Positions 28,250 to 42,266 of a stretch of DNA of 64,000 bases are shown piece after piece; the stretch's first letter is position 1; each line of letters opens with the position of its first letter. The notes under the pieces were generated by a model, which made no database searches, was not told the origin of the DNA, and saw only the letters and a program-made list of their open reading frames with translations. The stretch covers positions 26,097,863 through 26,161,862 of the forward strand of contig NC_068986.1 in the NCBI RefSeq assembly GCF_001194135.2, written 5' to 3'. Both the position numbers and the translations under genes were made by a program. The stretch comes from Octopus bimaculoides (lineage: Eukaryota).

Positions 28250-28660
28250 CCACATACATACATACCACTCTCAGTGTGGTTGGTGTTAGGAAGGGCATCC
28301 AGCTGTAGAAACCATGCCAAATCAGACTGGAGTCTGGTGCAGCCTTCCAGTTTGCCAGCCTAGGTCAAACTGTCCAACCCATGCCAGCATGGACAATGAA
28401 TGTTAAATGATGATGATGAGTGTGTGTGTGTGTAGGAGGTGGGTTAGGTGGTTAGGGTGTTGCACTAATGATTGAGGTTTTGATTCCTGGATTGGGTAAT
28501 GCATTGTGTTCTTGGACATAACACTTCATTTCACACTGCTACAGTCAGCTCAGCTGGCAAAAATGGAATAATCCTGCGACAGATTGGCACCTCTTCCAGG
28601 AGGAAATATATATATACCATGGAATTCAGGAAATTGATCTTATGAGCCTATGGTTCAAGA
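28150..28660 (+). mobile_element. Adjacent SINE fragments: family A 3' part, (GT)n, RTE-type tail (about 28250-28420), then a family C tRNA-headed SINE (about 28430-28660)
   Basis: Contains accaaagccttgtgagtggatttg, the tail ccatgccagcatggacaatgaatgttaaatgatgatgat, and the head ggtggttagggtgttgcact matching 20170-20449. Confidence 0.75.
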
Positions 28661-28687
28661 AGGACCTGTGATCCTTTATATATATAT

Positions 28688-28840
28688 GGCTGTGTGGTAA
28701 GTAGCTTGCTTACCAACCACATAGTTCTGGGTTCAATCCCACTGCATGGCATCTTGGGCAAGTGTCTTCTACTATAACTTCGGGCTGACCAAAGACTTGT
28801 GAGTGGAGTTGGTAAACGGAAACTGAAAGAAGCCCGTCGT

Positions 28841-28886
<46 letters not shown>

Positions 28887-29087
28887 TTGTGTGTCTGAGT
28901 TTGTCCCCCCAACATTGCTCGACAACCGATGCTGGTGTGTTTAGGTCCCTGTAACTTAGCGCTTTGGCAAAAGAGACCGATAGAATAAGTACTAGGCTTA
29001 CAAAGTATAAGTCCTGGGGTCGATTTGCTCGACTAAAGGAAGTGCTCCAGCATGGCCTCAGTCAAATGACTGAAACAAGTAAAAGAG
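28688..29087 (+). mobile_element. Near full-length SINE family A (tRNA-derived head, internal (TA)/(GT) tract)
   Basis: Head is ggctgtgtggtaagtagc...gggttcaatccc (A/B-box-like). Many CpGs are retained. Homologous segments occur at 1-247, 22460, 30465, 40560, 45870, 52660, 54650 and 57095. Confidence 0.85.
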
Positions 29088-29216
29088 TGTGTATATATAT
29101 ATATATAGGCTGGCCTGCTTAACCAGTGGGGTAGCATCATTTGAAACCAAAAACAATGTAAGGAAGCGCGTTGTGACCAGTGGTGTGTAATAACATTTGA
29201 TAATCTTTTTGAAACA

Positions 29217-29270
<54 letters not shown>

Positions 29271-30464
29271 TATATATATATCTGCACATACATGTTCATG
29301 CATATAGGCATATATGCATGTACATAAGAAGTGTCTCTCAATTTCCATCTACCCACATCTTCTCACAGGGTTGCAGTGGAGGACATTTGTTGGGGCACAG
29401 GGGGAGCCAAGTATCTCCTCTGTAGTAAGATGGCTATCTCTAACCCTCTCGCCTGGCACACAGCCACTTCTCTCAGTTCTGCTTCCTCTCTCAACTAAGA
29501 GGATTTCGTCTTGCAAGCCACTTGGCAACTGTAGGTGCTATGTAAAAAGCATCCATGTAAAAAGGGGCCATGTAGCATCTGTGCTGGTGCCACACAAAAG
29601 CATCTAGTACACTCTGTAAAGAGTATTAGGAACGGCATCTTCTATGATTCTAGGCTAATTCAAAACCTTGTGAGTTGATTTTAGTAAAAGAAAGCTGAAA
29701 AAGAGGTCTGTTTATATATACATGCATGTGTTTGTGCATTGTGTTCTTGAGCTCCAGTCCACTCAGCTGTAAATAGGTAATTCTGCAATGGACTAGCCTT
29801 TCAATCAGGGAGAATGTCGACTTGCTCACTTAGCCAGCAGAGTGGCATCATTCAAAAGCTAAAATGATGCAAAGTGCATTGTGACCAGTGATGATTAACA
29901 ATATCCGATAGTCTGGTCAATCACGTGATCACATGATATGTTTGTATGTACGTATATGCACGTGTGTATATGTTTGTTTACATCTGCTGCTTGCTTATTT
30001 GGAAGTCATGTCAACTGAGTGGCATTCTGTTGGCACTTCCCCAATCATTAGATTGTCCATTTGCTTCATGCTTTTGAACTCAAGTGGAGTAAGAGATCTC
30101 TGACTTGAAAAACAGGTGAGGGGTTAGTGTCAAGAAGGGCATCTAGCTGTAAAACAATGCCTCAATAGCATATTTAACCAACCTGTATTAGCATGGGAAA
30201 TACACATAAAATGAAGGAATGTATAAACAATTAAGTACTTATAGTAGAGATTAAGCATTAATAACAATATAGATTATTACAATAAATTCTCTAACCCTTA
30301 TATTAGTATCAGAAAGAGTGCTTCACAGTATTCGTTCCAAGCTTATATTTTCTACGATCAAATCCCACCAAAGTCAACTTTGCCTTACATCTTTCTTGGG
30401 TAAATAAAATCAAGTACCAATCAATTACTGGGGTTGATGTTATATGTGTGTATGTGTGTGAGAG

Positions 30465-30610
30465 GGGTTGTGTGGCTAAGAAGTTCACTTCCCAACCTCA
30501 TAGTCTTTTTAGGTTCAGTCCCACTGCGCAGAGCCTTGGGCAGGTGTCCTCCATTTGGCCTCTGGCTGACCAGGGCATTGTGAGTGGATTTAAAGGATGG
30601 AAGCTAGCCT
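30465..30610 (+). mobile_element. SINE family A, 5' part
   Basis: Reads tgtgtggctaagaagttcacttcccaacc...ggttcagtcccactgcgc..ccttgggcagg..ttgtgagtggattt. Confidence 0.75.
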
Positions 30611-33600
30611 TGTACCAACATCAGACAATGCTGTTGTTTAACCTGAGGACATTCCTAACTGAGTAGATCTATGATCAACTGTATTTCAGCCATCTCCATC
30701 CCAACCCATTAAGAAGTGGGGAAATTATGTATGATTATATTATTCAATGTGTTCTTTCTTTCTTTGTGAGCCAGTGAAACGTGATCAGAGAGAAATTTGG
30801 TTGCTATTTCTAACAGGTTAAGTGACCACAAACACCATATGTTGAAAATGAAACAATTAAAACACAGATGAATCATTTTACATACTTCAAGGAAAGAGGA
30901 ACGCTGTTATAGTTCTCTTTCCTTTTATTTCTTAATAGTGCAGTCTATTATGAAGTGTCACAGAAATTTTATTACACTTCTGAAACTTGATTATCAGACA
31001 ATTTCATTGCATCTCTGTAAAATGCAGTGAAATCATGTTAGTGACCAGGTCGCTGAAGTGTGTTAAAACTTTTCAACACTTCATAATAGCATGTACTATT
31101 AAGAAATAAAGGAAAAGTGAATATAAGATTTTTTGTATGCTCTTATGCAGCTAAAATAACTCATCCACAATGTAATTGCTTCATTAAAAGTTATCTGTAC
31201 AATCAAGTAGTATGTTTGAAATTCCATAATTTGTACTGTAATATTGAATAAAAATAGTACTATGACTAAACAATGTAAACATTACATTTTCATGTATTTT
31301 TTCATAATTTCAATGCATTCTATGCAGTCTATATGAAATGGTGCATATATATTAATTATCATAACAACATAAATAGAAAATTATGCAAATGGAAAACTAT
31401 GTTAACGTGTGTACATTCAAACAGGCATGTATGTGCATATGCACATCATCATCCTCATCATGTAAACAAAAGCAGGTAGAGAAAATAAATTTATTTACCT
31501 CTTTTTGTGTTTCATAAACAACTCCAAGGGGCTCATATTGAACATGATTAAAGTCATTTGGCCCTAAACTACCGCCAATAGCAAACATATTTAGAATTTT
31601 GTAAATTAAATTGGACTCTAAAGAAATTAACAGAATATTACTTCAATATGTTGTGTCCCCTCTTGACAAACTAAAACCAAGAAGTAAATGAAATAGCAGA
31701 GTATAATTCCAACTTGATGTATAAAATTATATCCAGAAATGAGACCACAAATTATGATTAAAGAACTTAAAAACAGAAAAACACCTTTAAAATTTATAAT
31801 AAATAAATTAATGTAGCATGAAAAAGCTAATTAGAAACAAATAAAATTTATCAATGGCATGGATAATTTTCCAAATAATCTTTTTATTGTAAACCTTTAA
31901 TATGAAATGTTAGAAATAATTCAAGCAAAACCTATGCAAAACCAAGCTTAATGCAAAAGAAAAAAAAATCATGGAAATATCATCATAACGGCAGGTTATA
32001 AATGAGAATATCAAGAATAAGATAGGTTTTTAGGGAATAAAAAAGTAATTCGTAAGTTTCTTCTTCTTTTCATTTTTCTCAGCAGTGGTGGTGGGGATGT
32101 TAAAAAATAGAAAGAGAATTAAACTAATTACAGAAACTATTCTAGCTTTTGAAAACTTAATTACCTTATCTTTATAATCAATTCTATCCAATATATCTAG
32201 TCTTAAATACAAACATGAGTATAATGAACTACTAAACTCCATGAAATACTTTTTATGTGCTAAACTTTGTAGAAGTAGCCACCACCACAAGATACTTTGA
32301 AATATTTTCTAACATTAACGTTATATACATATATAGATTCATTGAATGTGAAGTTTTCAAATAAAATTACAATATACAACTTTACAAAAATGTGAGAATG
32401 TTGATCTGAATGAGAAACTATAATATAATTATATATCTCTAAATAGACAGAAAAGACAGTAGAAATATTTAAAATTATACTGTTTACAAGTATTTAAGTA
32501 TTACAACACACAAAACTATCATCCATATGAAGAGACTATGCAAACTATTCCTGCACAACCAGAGATTCAAATGACTAACCTAACATTAAACAAAACTACA
32601 GCCTAGATTGGAATGTAATTTACTGATGTCTGATATAAAAGGGAAATTATCAAAACCTACAAAAACAGATTATTTAAGCTGACATATAACTAATATAAAT
32701 ACTCATGCAAGAAATATAAAAGTGAACATTTAACATCATCAACATCTAGCAAAGTGATATAATGACAAGATATATTCCAGTTGTGTATGCCGGTTAAGTG
32801 TTCTCCATCCAGGTAAGAACTAACAAATTCTCAGATATTTCTATTGAATATTTCCAAGTAAGGTGAAATTTTGAGTATACTTCAAATAACTTCGGTGTTA
32901 CTGTTTCTGTTACACTCCACAGATTGGCAGTCACAAATATTTGCTTCCTATCAAAGTATCCTTGCGATATGACAGGTAAGAAGAAAGTTATTAGATAAGG
33001 TAAGAAACTATCCAATGTGCACAATAAAGTGTTGGCTAATTTGTTTTTCACATTTTAACGTAAAGAGCACACTGTTGATATAAACAATGTTTATATCTCT
33101 CGGCAGTGAGAGAAAGACTTTCGGATGCATTAAACTAAATGTTATCAATGAATTTCAGAAAACTAAAAAAAAAAGAAATTCAGTCATGTTAAAAATAATT
33201 TTTCTCCGGTGAAAAAAGTATTAAGAATGATGCGCAAAGCAACATAAAGTTAATAATATTTTATGTTTACTGGATGAGGATTTATGCAGACAATAGTAGT
33301 GATGGTGATAGCAGCAGAAAGCAACAACAGTTAAAATAGTTGGTGCGATGAGTAGAATAACTGAATGCTTAGTGGCAGCACTACAATTCAGCAGCAACAT
33401 GATAGGGTGATAGGCGTTAACTTCCAAAATCAGCAGGAATACTTTGCTTTCAGGAAAGGAAGAAAAAAAAAAAAAGACACTGTCAATGAGAAGTATAAGT
33501 GCAATAGTGACAGAATTTCAACCACTGATGAAGGTAATAGTAAGTGTAACATCAACAGCAGTAGTAACAGTGTAGAGCAAGAATATTAAAAATTATAGGT

Positions 33601-35120
33601 AGGAAGGTACATATGAATTAAGTAGTAGGCAAGGCTAGGCACTCCACCACCATCACCAAAAAATATATAGCAAGATCAAGAGGAGTGACTTGCTATCAAA
33701 GTAGAGATAGATCAATCAAATAGAAGTATTGAGCAGTAGGCAGGCCTTTGTGCTCAAAGCAATAACAGCTTATTGATTTCTTCATTCTATCACATTTCTT
33801 TGAATTGCTAAAGAACCAATATCCTTTACTCATTACAAAATAATTCTGTGCTTGTAAAGAAGTTATTTGGACACTGAAAAACAATACGAGGCAAAAATTT
33901 TCATTTAGATTTTTAATTTGTTTTAAAATTCTCATTAAATACTAGTGAAATCATTTCTTTTTTTCCAAATTAGGTTTCGTTTTAATGTTGCAGCTAATTG
34001 CAACAATACTGTCACTGCATTAGAAACCGTTTCTAAAAGGCAGCAAATCTACTAATGTATAAGAAGACAGCCAATGAAAGTAATTAGATAAACAATTACA
34101 ATGTTCTCTGAATAATTGAAATTTGAATATTATTCTAATAATATTACAGTTCATGCAAAATGTTTCAATGAGATTGATTAATTTATTCAGGAGATAAATT
34201 TACCAATTAATTCAATAAGATAAGGAAAATAACTTTTTAAATTAAAATAATGCAGTCCAACTAATAAAACAGAACTTTTTTTTGGACAACTATTTTACAG
34301 CTTTGAAATTATTATCAAGATTATGTATGCTTTTAGTATTTTCATTATATTTCTTAAACTTGTTATGTTTAAACAAGGTTTGTTTGATCAAAATACATGT
34401 CAATATCACCAACATAAGTTAAATTATTTCAAATTCAGAATACACATTTGTGGATATAAAACTACACCTAAACACCTTTTACACACACACACCCACACAC
34501 ACTACTGATAATGAGTAAAAGGAAATGAATTTATAAGACTTATTGGAAAATGCAATCTATTAGCTGAATGGCTGGATGAATAAAGAATGAAATATGAAAA
34601 TAAGGAGGTAAAAGAAACTACACAGAATATCTCAATCATATATAGAATATATAAAGGTCCAACCCATGCTAGTATGGAAAACGAATGTTAAATGATGATG
34701 ATAGAGACTGCCATTGTGAATGAATCTACAATGGTATTTGAAAGTGAGATTTGTACTAAGTTTTTAGGGAAAATTGAGTTGACTATATTCCAAGTATTAA
34801 AAAAATCAACCTTGAGCCTCATCATAGGAAATCAATACTACAAATAACATAAGTTTATATTTAACTCTCTGATTCTACACCATAAGGGTTTGCCAGAATG
34901 TTTTTTCAATACTACCAAACTTAATGGTATTGATGGTTATCACAGCAATGCCCCATTCACTCCATTTCTTTGCTCTAAAATGCCACATAACCAACATTAA
35001 ATAGCTAAATCAAGAAAATAAGGCAAATAAAAAAAAGTGATGATGGTTTTTGTATTAACTTCTAAAACTTTGGACATGGTGGAAGGGAAGAGTAACTGGA
35101 GTGAGAATTAGGAAGTCACT

Positions 35121-35205
35121 TGAGAGCATAGGCAATTAAAAGAGATTTTAGATATTTATACTGAGAACATAGGCAAGTAAAAGTGATTTTAGATATTTAT
35201 ATTGA
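35121..35205. repeat. Tandem duplication, 41-bp unit x2
   Basis: tgaga.cataggcaa.taaaag.gattttagatatttata starts at 35121 and 35162. Confidence 0.9.
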
Positions 35206-36179
35206 GGATACACAAGAGAATAAAAAAACCTGATATAGTAAACAAGCTTGCATACAAAAGTAATCAATGGGATAACATCAAGCTAAGGAATTTGAAAGAG
35301 AACAAGGTAAGATTTAGAGAAGATAAATCTAACAGTAGCTTTTAGTGGTGTTGCAAACTAATCAATTGAAAAAAGTACCAATTTAGATAGCTGAGAGGGG
35401 GAAACAAAACTCACTAAGTCAATAAATCTCTATCAAAAATAATTTGCTATTTTGCAGGAGCCCAAATATCTAAAAGTGATATCTATTTAAAAAGATAAAC
35501 CCTTAACATTTGTATCACTATATTGACAACTCATCTAGACTATAAGAAATATAGAACCAAAAGCATGAAATATTGAGGTAAAATACCAACTGATGTACCA
35601 ACGTAAATATTTTTGATCTTCTTTATGCTTGTTAAAAAAGATTCCCCACTCCACTGCTTTTGATATATTTTACTTACAATAAATATTGTAAGATAATTGA
35701 TAACTGATGATCTAATCTAACTGTTAGTACCTAAAGAACTATAATTTCACACTCAGAAATCAAGGAATTAACTTTTTCGGTATTATCCTTTCTGATATTG
35801 CCTGTGTTCAAATCTAAATTCAGATTTTTGAAAATCTCATTATGTGAAAAATAATTACCATATTTGCTTGCGCATAATATGCACATGCAAATAACACACT
35901 AATCATGTGAGAGAAATTTGAGAAAAAATAGATTATATTTCAAATTCAAGGAAATAATTTGTTCCTTTACAAAAATTTGAATTTTTTTAGGTTTTATGAA
36001 TAAACAACATACATGTCAAAAATATTGTGGTTTCAGTGTCTTGGATAAGAAGAATAAAAAAAATATATAAATTCACTTATATAGAAAAAAATGAGAAAAA
36101 AAAAAAAAAAAAAAAAAAAGAACATTCTAGCAAAATAATTGCCTTTGATATGCTTAAAATTATGAATAAGCAGAATGAG

Positions 36180-37060
36180 ATGTTAAATTTTTATTCAGTG
36201 TTTGGTATCTTTGAAGCTTTGAATTTCGTCGTTATTGCAGCCTCTGGGAAACTTTCAAATTCTTCACTGCTACCATCTTTGAAACTTTCAAAATTCTTCC
36301 TCCCAACTACTCTCACCTTCTTCGTAACTCATTTAATCTTCTGTGCCATCTAAAGCACTAATAATAGCACTTCTTGAAAAAATTTGACAACAATCTTTTC
36401 TTTCACTGCATCTTATGAATGTCTTAACCTGCCAGCATACTTCTGCAATTCAAAGTTTCCTCATGCATCCATTAGAGATAAATCATTCATGCATTTATTC
36501 CATTCCTCATGCATAAAGACTTTGAAGAAACATCTTGATACTGTAACCGTAAAATAACTTCTCTAGATATGACTGCCATTGTTGTTTTGTAATTCTCTAG
36601 CTTCATCTTCAGTAATTCTGTAACATACATTAAATACTAGTAGGAATGGCTTTGTGATGATAAAACTTCTTATCTTGTCAGGCATTCACTTGCCAATTCT
36701 TGTTCTTGTTTTGCATACATAGTACATGTTTCTTCATGTATTTTTTTCTATAACACCATGCACTGTTCCTTTAAAATCATTTGCAGGTCTTTGCTAAGCA
36801 ATGCCAGATTTTCTATGAATAAACATTCACATCCTCAGGTCTTTTCCAATGTAGGCCATTCAGCAATATCGCCTCAAAAATTGCATTTTATGCATGGTAA
36901 TTTTTCTTTGTTTTTTCCACCCATGTATTGTGTATTCTGTTGGTGGCTCCCCACAACACCTAACCATAGATCTATTGCCACTTTCTTTCCTTATTCTATC
37001 ATCTTAACTTGTAATTGGTTGCATACACAATCATTTTTGTTTAAATTTCAATAGGAGCAT
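36180..37060 (-). pseudogene. Decayed pogo-family (DDE_1, POGK-like) DNA transposase, C-terminal part
   Basis: Manual minus-strand translation across stops and frameshifts gives FLLVF..RITED, TTMAVI...LRLQYQDVS (cf. LAVIPGG.T..LQPLDVS), FKVFMHEEWNK, DAVKEKIVVK and KKC.ISALDGTED (cf. SFKKCGISNALDGTED). Confidence 0.65.
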
Positions 37061-39187
37061 TGCACAGTAGAAATATGAAATAGCCATTTATACTTTGGAA
37101 ATGAGCATAATAAAAGTGAGGCAGGAGAGCTTCATATTCAACTTTGTACTGCTATTTACCAAAGAGTAAAACTTGCTTGTGGATATACCACATCAGATAC
37201 CTCAAGGTCAACCATCACTCAATCTTTGTTCTGAGGCAAAGCAAGTACTTTGCTCTTTTTTGTAAGGATCAAATAAATGAAATTCTTCATACCATCATCA
37301 TCATCATGTTGGTATATATTAATTTAATGCATAAATATACATAGATATACCTTTTTGTCAGTATATCTTAATTTACAATCAAAATAGGAAGAGAATAGGT
37401 TTTATTCTTCTTTTTAGGGAAGTCATTTTACACAGAACTGTAACTTTGCATATAACAGGCAAAGAGAATTTCTTTTAAAGGCATTTTTTTTAAAAGAAAA
37501 GTGAGTGCAATAAACTGGTAAATACAATTGATTTCAATAAAAGTTGAAAGTTACTTATTTTACTGAATATCTTATTCTTGATGATTTTCAAAATTATAAC
37601 ACAAAAGGCTATATATTATGAGAAAAATGGTCAGGAAAAATGTAATGTATAAAATATACTATCTTGAGGATTTAAAATTCTCAAAATAATAGAATTTAAG
37701 TTAAACCCAATATTTTTTAACTGATACTGTGAGACTTTAGTAAATTGACTGTTGTTATCTCTTCCAGGGACAGAAAAAAGGAGGATTAACCTGACCTGAT
37801 TTTCAGTAAAATTTATCTTCAGAAGTCATGTATCTGTCTTTTCTAATCACAGGGTTAATAGCTATTTATAGCCCCTAAATGAATTAGCTCCAATAAATCA
37901 GTTGTTTGATTTGCATAATTAATGCTTTGCTAACCACTAATTTAATTAATTGCTATAGCACTAAACAGAATGTATGGATAATTATTAACATGGATTAATA
38001 AGGCAACATCCACTTTTCTATCTGTAGAAAAGATAATGCAAATCAATTTGTTTACATTTGTAAAAGACTCATGGCTTTAACCATAAAATATTATGTTTAC
38101 CTTCATACACATTAATAATAATCCATATATGCTATCTAGTACAGTAACAGTTAACAACCAGCAAAACATTAATTATGCAAATCAGAACAACTGGTTCACT
38201 GAAGTTGTGACACTTGGTGACTATATAAAAGTATAAACTATATAGTTTTCTGTGGATAGAAAAAATGGATATGTGAACTGTGAATATGGATCCAAAAAAA
38301 CCAGATCGGGTTTTCTGTGAAATATATAACAACATTCATTTGCTTACATTTGTCAAAGTCCTACAATATTGTCGTAAACAAAAAAAAAAAAATGACTTAA
38401 GGTTTTCCTTAATACATATTTGTCATTATTAATGGATGTTGTTTAGTACAAAAACAATAATAAGAAATGTTGCAGAAAAAAATACTGTCACTGATTAAAG
38501 ATAAAAAGCTTTACCTCAGATTCCTTCTAATGTGAAAACTAATCTTCATCAGCAATGAGAAGTAGCACAATCTTAACAGAAACATTCATACTAAAGTCAT
38601 ACTAAAGACAGTGAAAAAACAAAAAGGGTTTTGATTTCTTGACATTACCACTTGGCCTTCTGTACTGAATGAATCATAAAAGGAACAATACTTGTGGAGT
38701 AATTTACTACCAGTGATAAGTAGTAGTATTTGATTTGTTACACAACAATTTTTCTGAATAGCTGTTTTGCTGACTTTGCACTTATGATCAGTGAGTCAAA
38801 ACTGTCAGATTTCAACAGGTGAATGTTCACTTTGAAAACTTGAAAGGAATACCAAGAAGACAAAGATGACTCACATAAGAAGAAAAGATTGGAAATTCTT
38901 TAAGTTAGATGAGTTTAGAAATATTTTACAATTAATAATAGTCTATACAAATCTGTTAAATTACATTCATGATTTCTAATAGGCTATTAATAAGTAGTTT
39001 CAATAAAAATAAGTCAGTTTCATTCCATTTCTGAAAGATTTTCAATCATACACACGATGTGTTTCTGTTACACTAAGCCATCATTTTGGACTTACACCAC
39101 TGATTCTGATGTTAAATTTATTTGGCCTAATGAGAAAATCAATATAGTAGGACTAAAAGAAAAAAATGTTCTGAAAATCAAAGACAA

Positions 39188-39267
<80 letters not shown>

Positions 39268-39853
39268 GAGAGAAGGTGGGGAGGTGTGTGTGTCTGTGCG
39301 CATGTGTGTTCATGTGATGTCATAATTTTATAGCAACATATTGATCTGGTGTCTGGTCTCTGAGCAGAAAACACACATAAAAGGATGATAGCCATTTAGA
39401 ATAAGCATTTTCAAAGAGAGATGAAATATAGAGTGAACTGCAAAATAGAGATCACAAGATTCATATATCTAGCTACATTTTATGAAAGTTCAGGATCACA
39501 CATGAAAAGAAACTTTTCACAAAATACGGCAAAATCATGAAGACTTTTACAACACAATCCCTTTTTAACCCCAATTTAAGTTGTCACCATCTACAATTAG
39601 TTATATTTGTAAGGCTATAAATATGTAAAAAAAAAAAATTTTTTTAATTGTGATATTTACCTTCTATTTCTCTAAGTTAGCTTTAAAAAATGGTTTGTAG
39701 TTCAATCTTTAAGCTTGCCAGTTACCTTCAAGTTTTGCATGTATTAATAGTTGGAGCAATTATTTTCCATATACACAGGAATATCAGATCTATTTCCATC
39801 TTGTATACATTCCAATTATTACAAAATATTTTTTGTTTGTTTTGAATAAGATG

Positions 39854-39916
<63 letters not shown>

Positions 39917-40559
39917 AGAATAGAAATTAACTTTTATACAACAGCTGCAACTGAATACTTGGATCAATTCACAGAAACAGAGAAATAATGTGATATAAAC
40001 ATTTCATTTACCAATCATGAAAAATTATATTCTTCAAAATTTAACTATGACAATTGGACTATTCCACCAGTAGGCAGTAAAGTGATGTCAGGTTAACGCA
40101 CAGACCACTTCTAAAAACAGCAAGTAGTACTGAACTCCCAAAATGAGTACAAACAAAGAAGGCTACTAAATCAAAGTTATACTCCAAGATACACTAACCT
40201 TCTAGCCAACAAAAAAAGAGGTAACCCTGGAAATTACCATAAGGATTACAGGAACAATATAGAGACAAAGTGTACTTGAGAGTGAAAAGACCATATGAAA
40301 TCTAATAACTCTGCAGAGTTATTGTTTTCATATCTACTTTTCCAGGTTTGCATAGGTCAGATGGAATTTGTTCAGGCAGGTTTTCTATGATTGGATGTCT
40401 TTCCTATTGTTAACCAATCATCTGTTTCCAAGTAAGGTAATATTTACCCATGACCAGACATTTTTTGTGAAAAATTGAAAACAAAGGATAGTGCTTGTAT
40501 GATGGTGGCTCATTTACATCTATTGCATGTCAAAAGAAAGATATATAAACACACACACA

Positions 40560-40728
40560 TATGACAGACTTCTTTCAGTTTCTGACTAGCAATTTCATTC
40601 ACAAGGTTTTGGTCATCCTGAGACTATAGTAGAAGACACGTGTCCAAAGTATCACATAGTGGGCTGAACCTGAAGCCATGTGCTTGGTAAGTGAACTTTT
40701 GAACAACATAACTATGCCTATTCTTTTT
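40560..40728 (-). mobile_element. SINE family A, 5' part, reverse orientation
   Basis: Contains cttctttcagtttc, ttcacaagg.tttggtc, ctatagtagaagacac and gtgggctgaacctga. Confidence 0.75.
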
Positions 40729-41769
40729 GAGTAGAATAACTACGAGATTAAAATCTGTTAGTATACATTAAAAAAAAATGTTTCCAGACTACATATTGTC
40801 CATAAATTTGTTTCTTCTTTAACTAATACATAATAAAATTGTGTGTGTGAATGTTGTAGAATGTAACAAAAAATACATTATATTATGTATTTTATATCAT
40901 TATATAATGCAAAAGGTGGACTTTATTTCATATTGTAATGCCGTGACTACATGGGGTCTTAATAGCATGCTTTACTTCACCACTGAATTGACTGAATTAA
41001 TTTTTACCAACCAATGAATGATTAGTGATCATATACGTTATGTGCAGTTTGTGCATACACTGCACACTTGATTGTATATGCATATTATGTACTTGTGTAT
41101 TATTTTGATTTCAACCTTCTTCCCATCTTTTGTCATAAATTACCCCTTGTCAGCCTGCCTACTTTGGTTAATTTTATCTGTATGATACTGCTCACTCCTT
41201 ATCATCCACCATTCCCTTTTTTGTGCTGATCTCCTTTTTGTTAGCTTATCCCCCACCCACATTTTATTGACCTCTTCATCCACAACTCATTCATGCCCCC
41301 ACCGCCCAGTATCCCACTTTGTTTACATGTGTCTCTGTGTTATGTATATGTTATTTTGTTCATCACTTCCTCTGCACTGCTTTCTCACTATTTCCTACTT
41401 CACCAGACCTGGTCCCACCACATTCCATCCATTTCACCAGACCTGGGTTTTGCTATAAACTTTGATCACTACTCACACTTTATTTCTGGCCACATTATAC
41501 AATGGCCACACTACTTACATTATATTTCCCTCCCTCCCCCTCTCTCCTTATATCTACCCCTCCATGTCACTCCTTTACTTCTGTAAATTTTCCAGCTGCA
41601 GTTTCGTGACTGGTGATAAGGCTGCTTTATTCTCACTCTTTCTCTCTCTGAAGAAGAAAAAGAACCAACAGTATGAAGCGGATTTCCTTACCTTCCTTAT
41701 CACAAATCAACCACCTGAAATTCTTTTTTTCCTTCAAACTTTTATAAACATAGAGCTATCTCCCTCAAT

Positions 41770-42020
41770 ACAACACCCCCACTCAGCTGAGCATGCTTGT
41801 CCTGCAAGTTACTTGGTGACCTCACTAGCGCCAGTGCCACGAAAAAAGCACAGTACACTTTGTAAACTAGACAGCATCAGAAAGTGCATCCAACCATAGA
41901 AACAATGCCAAAGTAGATATTGGAACTCGGTGCAGTCTTCTAGCTTGTCAGCTCCTGTCAAACTATCCAATACATACCACCACAGAAAACAGACATTAAA
42001 CAATGACAATGATGATGATG
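41770..42020 (+). mobile_element. Retroposon 3' end with RTE-type (ATG)n tail
   Basis: cctgcaagttacttggtgacctcact is the reverse complement of the 19340-19375 segment. Ends acagacattaaacaatgacaatgatgatgatg. Confidence 0.75.
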
Positions 42021-42225
42021 GGTAAACTTTTGAAATTATTTGACATTACTTTGTAAAAATCGTAATAGCTAAAGTAATTATCCATTAATGAGAGAAAGCA
42101 TTTATTGTAGAGATAGCTCTTGTTATTGTTACTGTCAGAGTTCATGATGATAATTTTTTTCTTTTTACAAGGAAAATATATCATTTCTATGAAGGAGAGA
42201 GAAAGGAATAGTCAAATGATATGAC

Positions 42226-42266
<41 letters not shown>

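Noticed and set aside
28069-29607. ORFs rich in CV/YI/HT repeats (also 39057-39395, 39728-39967 and 4390-4599)
   Set aside because: They are translations of microsatellites and SINEs, with no splice or homology support.
32794-33051. 85-aa minus-strand ORF with a hydrophobic N-terminus
   Set aside because: It has a non-ATG start, no recognisable family and no usable splice sites. It is kept only as part of the CpG-segment finding.
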